64,000 nucleotides of DNA from assembly GCA_040756875.1 (NCBI GenBank), contig JBFLYH010000002.1:32001-96000 (forward strand), in the 5' to 3' direction. The position numbers and the translations under genes were made by a program. Source of the DNA: a candidate division FCPU426 bacterium. GTDB taxonomy: Bacteria > Oederibacteriota > JAAXVQ01 > JAUVAV01. Positions 49,401 through 61,400 of the stretch are shown piece after piece. The notes under the pieces are model-generated. The model saw nothing but the letters and a program-made list of their open reading frames with translations. It was not told where the DNA came from and searched no databases. Position 1 is the first letter of the stretch; every line of letters starts with the position of its first letter.

Positions 49401-52400
49401 ACTCCACCAGGAAGAAGGAGTACAGCGCCCCGAACACCAGCGGATTGGCCGTCAAAAAGCCGGCTGCCACGCTGAGCGCCAGCCACCAGGCCATGCGGCC
49501 CAGCAGCCCGCCGAGCGAGATCCGCTCGCGGGGCAGGCGCGTTTCTAGGCGGCGGTCGAACCAGGCGCTCGTGTCCGCGAACTGCCGGCGGTAGGGCTGC
49601 TGGCGGGTCTGCACGCTGAAAGCCGAGAGCGCCACCGCCACCCCGCGCCCCGGATCCTCCAGGGCGGCGTTGAGCTGGTCAATGGTCAGCCCCCGCAGGC
49701 GGGAGATCGGCAGCGTAAACCGGCCCGCGCGCTGGCTGGGCAGTTCCACGACTGTTTCCTCCACGGTCCGGTTTTGCTGGACAAAGGACAGGACCACGCG
49801 GACCGGCCGGTCGCTGCTTTGCTCGAACCGGAATTCCAGGCTGTCGCCCAGGTGAACGGCCTGCAGCCGCTGCATGGCCGGCGCTTCGGCCGTGGTCTCG
49901 GGGCCGAGTTCCACGGCCAGATCGACGCCCTCGTCCGTCAGCACCGCGCTGCGGCTGAGGTCGTCGTTGACCGCCAGTTCCACGGGCGCGGCGATCCACA
50001 GGGGGCTGACGGAGGTCACGGCCCGGTTCGGGTCCCGGCGCAGGTTCACCAGGCCTTTGGATTCCAGGTTGGCCAGCAGCATCTCTTCCACCTGGTTCAA
50101 GCGCAGCACCACCAGGTCATACTGCCGTTGGGCGGCCAGCACGGCCTGGATGCGCTGGAGCAGGTTCTTCTCTCCCGGCGACAGCGAGCCGTCCTCCCAG
50201 CCGGCCAGCAACGCGCTCCGCGCCGCTCGGGCGGCAACCGGCAGCCCGGCTGCCGCGGCCCGGCTGGGCAGCCAGCCGCGGCCCGGCGTATATAATAATG
50301 TATCCGAAGTCAGCAGGCCCGCCAGCTGCTGGCCGGACACCGGCTGGAACAACCGGAGTTGTTCCGGAACGACGATGCCCTGCTCCAGGAGCCCGGCCCT
50401 GAGCTGCCGCTCGTATTCCTCGGCCTGCGCCTGGGACAGTTCCCGCGGATGATACCAGACGCGCAATCCCTCCAGGGCCTCGCCGGTCATCAACTGGTTC
50501 GCGGCCAGCAGGCCCGTTTCCTCGGAAATGGCCGCGATCCCCGCCAGCCGCCCGTCCTTCCCCGCCTGTTCCACCAGCTGGTCTAATAGCGTCCGGACCG
50601 GCGCGCTGCCGTTGGGCTGGAAAGCGGCCAGCTGCGCCACGCGGTCGGGCGCAGCCGCGCCCAGCAGCTGCAGGCCGTTGAGGAGCAGATGGGCGTTGAG
50701 CCAGCTCGTTTCCCGGTCCAGCAATTGCAGCAATTCCACGGTGGCCGTTTCGAAAGCTTTCTTGGTCTGCCGGCGGCTGGCCAGGTAGGTCCAGAGCAAC
50801 ACGGCGTTTCCGCGGATCAGGGGATTGCGGTTCCACAGCAGGGGCCTGATCAGCGCCGGGTTCTGCTGGTTCAGCAGGCCGTGGAAGGCCTGGAAGCGCG
50901 TGCCCGGGTCCGCGTCGCCGAGCTGCCGGATCCAGTGCAAATAGGTGTCCGACGGCAGGGTGGGAATGCTCTCCCAGAAAACCGTCAGCGGCCCGGCGAC
51001 CCAGTCCAGGATGTGCGCCAGGCCTTCGGCCAGGATGCGGTTGACCAGCAGGTGCGCGAAAGTGCCGGGCCGGGTGCGCCGCAGGTCCAGGCCGAACCAG
51101 GACAGTAACTTTTGCGCCCAACGGTGGGCGTACACCTCGTGCGCCCAGACGATCCAGTGGGATTCGGGCACGCCGTTCACCGAACGCATGATGGTGCCGG
51201 TGTTGGGATTGTAGGTGGCCACCGGTGTGGCCCAGCTCCGTCCGGCCGCGGGCAGCTGGCGCCATTGCGAGAAGGTGAACAGCAGTTTCGCGGACGCCAT
51301 GGTCAGATAGGGGATGGCGATGGCCAGCAGGCCGGGGAGCATCCAGGCCGCGGCCACCAGGCCCACGGCCAGCAGGAAGGACATCAGCGCGCCGGGCAGA
51401 TTCAGCGGCAGCAGGCGGCGGGCCGGATCATCGGCCGGGAGCCAGCGCTTGGCGCCGGCGCGGACATAGTCCGTTTCGTAAACCGTTTCGAAAACCCGCT
51501 TCATGCCCGCGCGCAGGTCGCGAAGGGCCGGTTCCCCTTCGCGCAGCAGTTTTTCGCCCAGCCGGAGATACGCGTCCTCCAGTTCCGCCGGCGTGTAGGT
51601 CCGGGTCTCGAAATCAGTCAGCTCGCCGGTCCGCTCCACTTCATCCAGGCCCAGCAGCAGCTTCACCGCCCCCAGGTCGCCGGAAATGGCCAGGTCGAAG
51701 ATGGAAGTCAGGCTGTAGGACAGGCCGTGGACGATGAACTCCGCGCCGTATGCGCTGAACTCCTTCCAGGCGGCGAACCCCAGCGTGCCCCAGCCCGAGA
51801 GCAGTTCCAGGGACAGGTCCACCGCGTGCTGCACTTCGTGTTCTTCGGTCACCCGCGCCAGCAGCTCGTAGATTTCCTCTTCGCTCAAGCCTTCGAATTC
51901 CCAGGCGAACAGCCGGTTCGCCAGCCCGATCACCTCTTGATTGGGCGTTTTCAGGCGGTACACGCCCTGGGTGGGAGCCGCAGGATCCAGGCGGGAATAA
52001 ACGTACTGCCGTTTTTGGGAGAGCGCGGCGTACACCACCCGGGCGTCCTTGCGGATCGCGTCCTCCAACATGGCCGGATGCTTGAAATCCTCCAGCAACA
52101 AGCCCGTGAAGGGCGGCAGCAGCGCGGTGTCGATCAGGCTTTTTAAACGCCAGAATTCCAGCGCGCGGCCGGCCAGCTGGCCCCGGTCCACGCGCTGGGT
52201 GATGCTGAACGGAAACAGCATGGGCGCGGCTTCCTCGCCCGCAACGTCGGGCTTGAGGCGCATTTCCAGCAGGTAATATCCGAATTGGGCCAGCAGCCGG
52301 TTGAGGCTGGCCCGGGCCTCCATCATCCGCGCTTCCTGCTCGGGCTGGGGATTTTCCAGGTACTCGAAGAGCACGTTGAATAACCCCGGCGCCACGCGGT

Positions 52401-55400
52401 GCATCTGGCGCGAGAGCTCGAACACTTTCTGCTTGAGCCCGTCCGGGATGCGGGCCGGAGGCTCCTCGGTATGCCGCAATACGTCGGACAGTTGGGGCAT
52501 GACTTCATGCATGAGCTGGTCCACGGCCGGGTGCTTGTATTTGGCGGGCTGCGGAGCCACGATCCGGCGGGCGCTGGTCTGCTGGGTCAGGGGCATGAGG
52601 CGGCGCGCGATCCACAGCCCGGCCACCAGCAGCACGGCCAGGGGAATGGCCGCGGACAGCGAGAGGGCCCCGGCCCAGAACAGCAGGCCCAGTCCGGCCA
52701 CCAGGGCAACGGACAACCCCACGGCCAGGCCCGTGCTCTGCAGGAAGAAATACAGCAGCGGCGAGCTGACGGTCAGGGTGACCGGAGCCAGGGACAAACC
52801 GGCGTGTGCGACCAGCCAGTCGTGCTGATATCCGGTGACCGACAGCACCAGATCGCGGGCTTCCGCGTGGGTGAACCCCTGGTCCTCGAGCCATTCATGG
52901 AAGAGGATGGCCGCGGCCTCCCGGTCCTGGACCCGCGCCAGGGTGCGGGCCGCCAGAAAACATTTGCCGTCCAGGTGGAAGGCGCCCAGGCGCTCCAGGT
53001 CATCGTCCGTGGCTGCCGGCCGGGTCCGCGCCTGGCGCACCATGAGATGCAATGCGCCGGGATCCGCCACGGCCTTGGCCAGACGCCGGCCCTGCGGCCG
53101 CGATTGGTATTTGCGCTGGGCTGTTTGGACGAACCCCAGCCATTCCTCCGTGATCCGAGGGCCGCGCGCCCGATCGGCTTGCTGCAGCGGCAGGGCATGC
53201 AGGGCCTGGGTCGCGAACAACGCCCCCAGGAGCTGCGCCACTTTCCGCTGGGGCAACCGGGTGAGCACGAGCAGCGCCCGGCCGGGCCGGATCATCATGT
53301 CGAGCGTCGCGGCCGCGTTGCGCAGCGCGCGCTCCAAAATCACCTCGGCCGGTTCGCCCAGAAACGCGGACGACAGGGGCAGCGCGCGCCGGGCCTGCCG
53401 GGCCAGGTGCTCCAGCACGTCCAGAGGAGAACCCAGGCCGCCGGCCAGCCAGGTCCAGGCCGCGTCCTTGGGCGCTTCGCCGAAGTATTGGTCATAGGCC
53501 GGGTCTTCGGCCAGGGCCTCACGGAATTGGTCGGCGATCCGCATAAATTGTTCGTCCTCCGCGATCAGGCTCGCGTCCCGGACGCGCAGGAAAGCGGCGG
53601 CCATGGCAGGCGTAACTTCCGGCGTCTGCAAGTCCCGCAGCATCTGGACCGCGGCGTCACTTTCGCCGGCCGCGGCCAGGGCATAGGCTGCCACCAGCCG
53701 GCGCATGGCCGGGGTCAGCACGGACAGCGGCAGCCGGGCCTGGTCCTGTTCGCGGCGGGCATTGGCCGCGGCCAGGGTTTGCGCGAGGCGCTGCTTGCTT
53801 TCAGCCGGCAGGTTGGCCGCGGTCCACAGGCTGTAGGCGGGCATGGCGCTGGGCCCGCCGCTTTTAACGTAGATGACGAAGCTGAACAGCCGGCCGGCCC
53901 ACTCCTGCTCGCCGAGGATGGGCGCCACATTCTGCACCGGGCCCAGGCTGATGATCCGGCCGCGCGCGTCCGCCAGGCCGTTTACCGCCACCTGGCCCTG
54001 GCCGAAATGCGTGCCTTCCAAAACCAGGCTGCGGAATCCTGGCGAATGAATCAGTTCCAGATTGCGGTTGCGTACGCTGTTGGCGTCCGGCTGGACGCCG
54101 GAGCGATCCCGGGGCGCGTAACGCAGCCCGCCGATCGCCTCCACCACGCCCAGGAGTTCAGCGCGCGTCATGGCCGCGAGCAGGGCCTCGGCGCGGAAAC
54201 GCTCCAGTCCCAGGGCCTCAGCCACCTCGTCCGCGCCCAGGGTTTCGGCGCCTTGGTCAAACAAGGCCATGACCCGGGCCTGCTGCTGCTGGCGGTGGAA
54301 GAACAGGTTGGTGTGCAGGCTGTACGGCGAGCGGGGGCTGATGAATTCCTGCCACGTCTTTTCGGGCACGTCCGCCCAGGCTGCGCGGAAATCGCGCGCC
54401 GCCCGCTGCTTCTCCGCGGCCGTGGCGTGCTCGCGCCGCAGGAGCTCGCGTTCGATGTCGCGCCATTCCTCGGCCGTACGGATGCGCACCCGGCCTGCGT
54501 CCGCGTTTTGGCCGATGAAGGCGGCCCACACCTGGGACGCCGGCGCCTCACGGACCGTTCCCCAGACCGCCGCGGCCTCCGGGGCGGACGGGGCGGCCGA
54601 AGCCTGCTGCACGCCGGCCGCGGCCCAGGCGCCCCAGTCAAAGCCTGTTTGCGCCCCGCGGTCCGCGGCCCAAGCCGCGAAATCGCGCTGCGCGTAGTTT
54701 TCGAAAGCCAGGTCCCCGCCCCCGCGCCGGTAGGCCAGCCATTGGTCGTAAAACGCCCGTTTCGCAGGATCGGACAACACCTCGTACGCTTCGTTGACCA
54801 GTTGGAACAGCCGTCCGGCCTCGGGATCGTCGGGATGCAAATCCGGATGCAGGGCGCGGGCCTGCTGCCTGAACGCGGACTTGATCTCCTCGGCCGGCGC
54901 GTCGGACCCCTGCTCCAGGCGGCGGTAATAATCCTTGGCCTGCAATTCGGCCACGCGGTCCGGAACTTCGAGCCCGGCTGCCGCGATCAACGCTTCGTTC
55001 GTGAAACCCGTGACCTCGAGCACCGCTTCCACGGCCGCCTCATGCGAAAGCCCCAGGGTCTCCAGCGCCTCGTGCAAAATCACGGCCGCAGCTTCCCGGG
55101 TCGTCAGGCGGTTGAATGCTTCCTGCGTGAGATAGACGCCGCCCAGCAGGTGGAACGCGCCGACCCGCGCCAGGTCCGCGTCCGTATCCACGCCGGCCGG
55201 CGCCTGGTTGCGCTCCAGCAGGTTGATCGAAAGGGTCCGTGCGTTCAGCCGCCGGTTTTGCACCGGCGCCGTACGCACGCTGAACAGGCGCTCCGCGTGG
55301 GCGAGGTAAGCGGCCAGTTGCTCCCGCACCGGCGCGGCGCGGCGGGATTCCGCGTCCTCGAGGGAACGGCTGGCCAGCGCCTGCCGGGTCCACAGCGCCC

Positions 55401-58400
55401 GTACGACATCCGCAATCTTCTCGGGCGCGGCCTGGGCCAGGGCGAGCAAGGCTTGCCCGGGCTGCAGCAGCCAGCCGGCGGCCGCAGCCGCGTTGCGCAG
55501 GGCGCGGTCCAAAACCGCCTCACCCGCAACACCGGTCAAAACGCCGGCGAGTACGCCCTCGCCCTGTCGTCCGAGTCCGGCTGTCCGCGAAACGGCAGTA
55601 CGAAGGCCGGATCCAGGCAGGCGCAAGCTTGCCAAGGCTTGCAGCACCGCTTCGCCGGCCAGGCGCAGCAGCGCTCGGATCTGCGTTCCATAAGCATAGA
55701 GTTCGCCGGCCAGGCGGCCCGAAGGCGCGCGGCCTTGTTTTTCCCTGGCCAGGTCCTGCGTCCGGTGCGCCTGTTCATGGATCAAGATCAGGCGCTGCAG
55801 CAGCGCGGGCAGATACGAAATGCGCGCCAGGTCGGCCACCAGTTTGCCTGCGATTTCTTTGGGCGAAATGCTGCGGTCAGCATAGGCGGCAATCTCGCCG
55901 GGGCGCATTTCCTTTGACAGGCCGCGCGCATCCACGACATCCGCTGCCAGCCATTCCGGAATCAGGCGCTGCCGTTGCGCCTCAGTCAGGGCGGCCTCGC
56001 CGGCCAGGCCGCGCGTACGCGCGATCATAACGCCCATCACTGCAAACGGCACTCCGACGAGCGGCGTCAGCACGCTGCCCACGAGCCCGAAAACCAGGGC
56101 CGCCGTTCCGAATCCAAGCCCCAGGGAGAGCAAACCGGTCAAACCGCCAAAGCCCAACCCCAACGCGACGGCCGAGAGGCCCGTGCCCAGGAAGGAAATG
56201 AAGCTGGTGATGAACGCGCCCAGCGCAGTGAGATAGCGCGGCGCCGTGCTGACCACGATTTCCCTGGGCGCCTGCTTGGCAACCTCGGCATCCAGGGCCG
56301 CCTGCAAGGCGGGCAGACCGGTCTGGCTGACCAGTTTCCGGACTTTTGCGTATTCCGTTTCATTTAGAAAATGGAACGAGAGGTAGTCTCCTATGATTTG
56401 TCGGCCCATTTCAGGGTTAAGGGTTTTAAGCAGCTCAACCAACGACTGTTCGGCGTACAGGCTGCTTTTCCCGGAATTGACCGCGCTGTACAGCAGCTTA
56501 AACCCCAATTCAGCCAGGGTCTGATACTCCCCCTGGGTTTGAAGATACTGATACACGTGGTGCCGCACAACTTCCTGACCAACCGCATCCAGAACAAGGT
56601 TCTGCAGCCGCCCGGCGTATGAGCTCATATAGACGTGGTTATTTTTGGACGCCTTGAAAACAGCGGCCCGGTTGGCGGGCAGGAGCATTTCTTGATAGAA
56701 GCGCTCGTCGCCGAAGTATTGCTTCATTGCGCCTATATAATCGAACCCACCCCAATAGGTCAGCTGTTGCAGCACAGCGGCCATCTCCGAAAAGCTTTTC
56801 CTGCCGTGGGTCGCGAACATTTTTTTCAGTCGATCGGAGGCGCCCGTCTGCAGGCCGCCGTAGGAACCCTCCCTTTGCTGCGTCAGCAGCCAACGGTCAA
56901 GCAGAGCCGCGGTCTGTTCAACCGCGCCCGGGGTTTTTAACAGAGCGGCAAGCCGTTGCTCCTGAGCGGTTACCTCAGAGGAGCTGAAAGGTTTGACTTC
57001 CTGCCTCCGTTGCATAATGTCGGCCGTGGTTTCGGCTTTCTGAGCCGCCAGCGAATGGGCCTGCACCCAGGCTTGGGCTTTCGCAAAAGCGTCCGCCCCC
57101 TGAAAACGCTCGGGTTCTCCCATGGCGCGGTAGGTGGCCAGCTGTACCTGCCATTCAGGGCCGCTTTCACCCTGAACCACGGCCAGCAGATGAATCGGCG
57201 GATTTCTCGGGTTGGAAAGCAACCGGAAAAACTGGTTTTGCAGCATGACCAGGGCCGCTTGGGGATCCTGTCTGGCCACTTCCAAGGAGAACCCCAGCTG
57301 GAGGCCTAATAGCGACTCATGCTTCGCTTCCAGCGCCTTCGTAAATCCTTGATAGAATCCATGCGCCGCCCGCAGCCAGTCAACCATGCGTCCGGTTTCC
57401 GCCGGGGTGGTTCCTGTCAGCCAGGCAAACGCCTCGGGATGGGTTTTCGCCGCATCGGCCAACACGGCATAATGCTTCACGGCGATCAAAGCGGCGCGGC
57501 GGTCCGGCCGCCAATCCGTCTCGCCGCTTACACGTTCTAAATAGTCCCAATCCACGGATCCCAGATCCAGGCCTTGCCCGGAAATCCGTTCTTGATTGCG
57601 GGCCTGCACCCACGCTTTGAAAGCCGCGTCGCTGAGCGTGCCGTCCGCCGCCAGGGAAACCGGCGTTTTGCGGCCGTTGACAAAAATATAATCGCCCGTC
57701 TTGTCCCGCACCACGAACAAGGCGGCCATGAATTTCAATTTCTGCTGCAGGCCTTCATTCAAGCCGTCCCAGAGGACGTTCCCTCGTGAAATGACGTGCA
57801 CAAATGCCGTATAAGTCTCGGCAAAGCTCTCTTTCAGGGGGTCGCCCACGCGCAAGGCGTTGACCTTGGCGTCAAAAGCATAGCGGGAGAAAAAATACCG
57901 GCGTTCGGAAAAGCGTTTATGCAGTTGCAGCCACTCTTCGGTCAAGCGGGCCGAAAGCAGGCGGTGGATAAAATGCGCCAATTCATGGGTGGGGGTTTCG
58001 CTCAGCACGCTCACATTTTCAAAATATTTTTGCGGATCCGCCTCCGGGTTCAGGAAAGATCCTCTGCTGCCGGCCTGGCCTTGGCCGAGATCAATGGTCT
58101 GTCCGTACTGCCAGCCGGCGATATTTTCCCCCGCCGAATCCGGGAGCGCGCCGATGACCTGTAGGCCGTCAAGATGATTGCTTGGCAGCCCCAGGTAGGT
58201 TTCGTAAATTTGCCTGAGCCCATCCTGGGAATACCCGCCAATGAAACTGATCCAATTGCCGCGGATGTGCAACAACCAATGTTTATGACCGGTGCCCATG
58301 AAATCTTCGTCCGCCAAGAAGCAATTCGTGGCCGGGCGCTGGTTTTGCAGCACGGTTTGAATGCGCTGTTTGTACAGGGTTGCGTAAACCGCGCCGGCAT

Positions 58401-61400
58401 CGGCGTCGTAGTTTTCAAATTCAGAAAGGAGCTCGTTGGCCATCCACTGCAGCTGTTGGTTGTCGCCCGCGGTTGCGCCGCCCAGCCGGTCCACCATTGT
58501 GTTCAAAAAAGCGGGAAAATCCCGCAGCTGTTCCTCGCCGATCAGCAGCAGGCCTGCGCGTTCCTTTGGCACGCCGCGGAAATCCAGCATATTCCCTTGG
58601 CCTTCCGCGGAAGACAGCACACGGACAAATTTAAAGTACCGGGCCAAACGGTCGGGCAAAAGTTCAAACATCAGTTCCAGCTTGGTCTGGATGTCCGCGT
58701 CCTGAGCGGCAGCCCCGGCCACCATAATTTTGTATTTATCGAACATACGCTGTTGAAAAGCGTTCATTCTCAGGCTTTGCGCAAGCTCGACGTTGAGCGG
58801 GACGTTTTCAGCCAGCGTCTTTTGCATCAGCTCCCGGATGATTTCGCTACTCGTGGCGCCTTGTCCGTTGGGCGTCATCCAGCGGAGAATCATTTGCATT
58901 TCGTTTTGATTCAAGTTCTGCTGCTCCGCCCGATAGCGCAGGGCCGTACCAACGCCTAAACCGTCGCGCACCGAAACAACGATCTTGGGGGCGCCCGCCA
59001 AAGCAATCCAAACGCCCAGGGCCAGCAGCAATACCATTCGTACGCCCGGGTTGGCCAGCACCGGTTTGAACACCCGGCTGAGCACAGCCAGCGGCCGCTC
59101 CAGGACAATCCCCGCCATGGCCAAAGTGTCCAGCAGATGCGCCAGGATTTCGCCTGCCCATACGTTCCAGAGGCGATAGGCTCTGGAACCGGCCGGATGA
59201 CGGTTGAGATCGACGCCCACAAGGTATAAAAGATTTTGCGCCCAGCGGTGGGCAAGCTGTTCATGCGCCCGGATGATGGGATTCGTTTCTTTCAGCCCTG
59301 CGCTCTGCAAGGACTGCACCCTGCCGGTGGCAGGATTATAGGTGGCAACCGGCGTGAAGAAAGAGCGTTTCTCCTTGGGGAGCCGGCCCCTGATCCGCAC
59401 TACCAGCGCCAGCTTGGCAACGGCCATGAGGAAAAACGGCAGGCTGAGAGCCAAAGCCCAGGGATGGGCGGCGGCAAAAATGACCAGAGCGGCATTCACC
59501 CCCAAAGCCGCCAGCGCACCCGGCAGATTCAGCGGCTGCAGGGTTTCGTCCGTGCCTTCCACCACCAGGCCCTGCTCCGTGTACGCCACGCGCAAGCCCA
59601 CGGCGCCGAACACGGCCACCAGGCCCTGGGTGCCGCGCACCTCGGAATAATTCGTTTCCAGCACGTTGACCAGCCCGCTTAGGCGGTTGTGGTTCTCGTC
59701 CTGCCGTTCCTGCAGACGGTCGGCCGGTATCCGCTCCGCGGGAAGGCCGGCTTTGCCGGCCGTGCCTTCCACGTAGGGTTCGGTCAGGGCTTCGGCCTTG
59801 ACCGCGGTCACCATCTTTTTCAGGTCGTCGGAGCGGTTCTTGGGCATCACCAGCACGACCTTGTCCTGCAGCACCACCACGTAATCCTCCAGGTTGCGCA
59901 CGGTCACCGGCTCGCCGTCCGAAAACACCACCGTGCGTTTGGCGCCCTCCAAAACGATCCGGTCCGTGCCCGGGCCGATGCGCTGATTGCCGTCCGCGTC
60001 CGCTTTCTCGGTCATGGCGTCCCAGGCGCCCTCGTCGTACCAGGGAAAATCGCCAACCACGGCCGTGCTGCCGAATTCGTGTTCGGGCTTGATCTGCTCG
60101 TTGATCACGAACGCCACGGCCACGGCGCCGGCTTTGGGGATCTGGTCGTACTCGCGCTTCAGCACCTCGGCCTCGGCCGGCGTGTCCACGGCCGTGGCGA
60201 TGCGCTCCATGCGCTCCCACAGCTCGGGGGTGTACTTCTGGAAGGATTCGATGCCCGTGCGGTTGTGCACGGCGAACATGCCCGAGCTCCACAGGAACTC
60301 GCCGCTTTTCACGAACTGCTCGGCCACGTCGCGTTTGGGCTTTTCGCGGAAGCCTTGGATCTCGCGGATCAGGGTGCCGAGTTTGGTCTTCGACCCCATT
60401 TGGATGTAGCCGTAGCCCGTGGAGGGGAACGTGGGCTGAATGCCGATCATGGCCCAGTCCTTGCGGTTCTGGGCGGCTTTGATCGCGGACAGGATCGCGG
60501 CCTGCAGCCGCTCTTCCTGCAAGATGACGTGGTCCGAAGTGAGAAACACGGCCGTGAAGTCGTCGCCAAAGCGCTTCTTCCCCACCACCAGGCTCAGGGC
60601 CGTGGCCGGCGCGGTGTCCTTGTTCGACGGCTGGGCGATGATGTTGGCGCGGGGAAAATCCGCGGGCACGGAATCCATGACCTGCTGCACGAAATTTCCG
60701 CGGGCCGCAATCAGGATCCGGTCCTTGGGAATGCCCATGCGGACCACGCGGTCCATGGTCTTTTCCAGCATGGTCTTGCCGTCGCGCGAGAAGGAGCGGA
60801 ACTGTTTGGGATTGATGCCCGTGGACACGGGCCACAGCCGGGTGCCGCCGCCGCCGGCCATGATCACCACGTAGGCCCGGGAGACATCCGGTTCCTGCAC
60901 GGCCTGGCGGTGGTAAACGCGCTCGCCGCTGGAGAGCTTTTTCACTTCCACGCCGGCGGTCTCGGGCGACTGCTCGGCCTCGGCCGAGGCGAGGAACTCC
61001 AGCACCCGCTGCGCGGTGCGTTCGGTCCAGTTCAGACGCCGCGCCAGGTTCGCCGGAGTCAGGGGCTCGCCGGCCAGGATGAGCTCGCGGGCCTGGACGG
61101 CGCGGCTCAGAAAGCGCTGGTAGATCAGGTGCAGCGCGAACAGAGGCGTCAGGATCAGGATGACGGCGAACGCGCCCAGGGCCACGGTGCCCAGGGAGAG
61201 ATGGCCCAGCACGGCCAGGGGCGCGAGCAGGGAGAGGACCATGGTGGTGAAGGTGATGAAGAGCATGCTCTGCGGCCGGCTCAGGTCGCGCACCCAGGCG
61301 CCCCAGCGGGGATGGTTGCGCAGTCTCATCACCCACTCCAGGGGCTGGGGCAGATCCATGCGCAGCATGAGCGTGCGCAGCACGAAAGGCAGGGTCAGCA

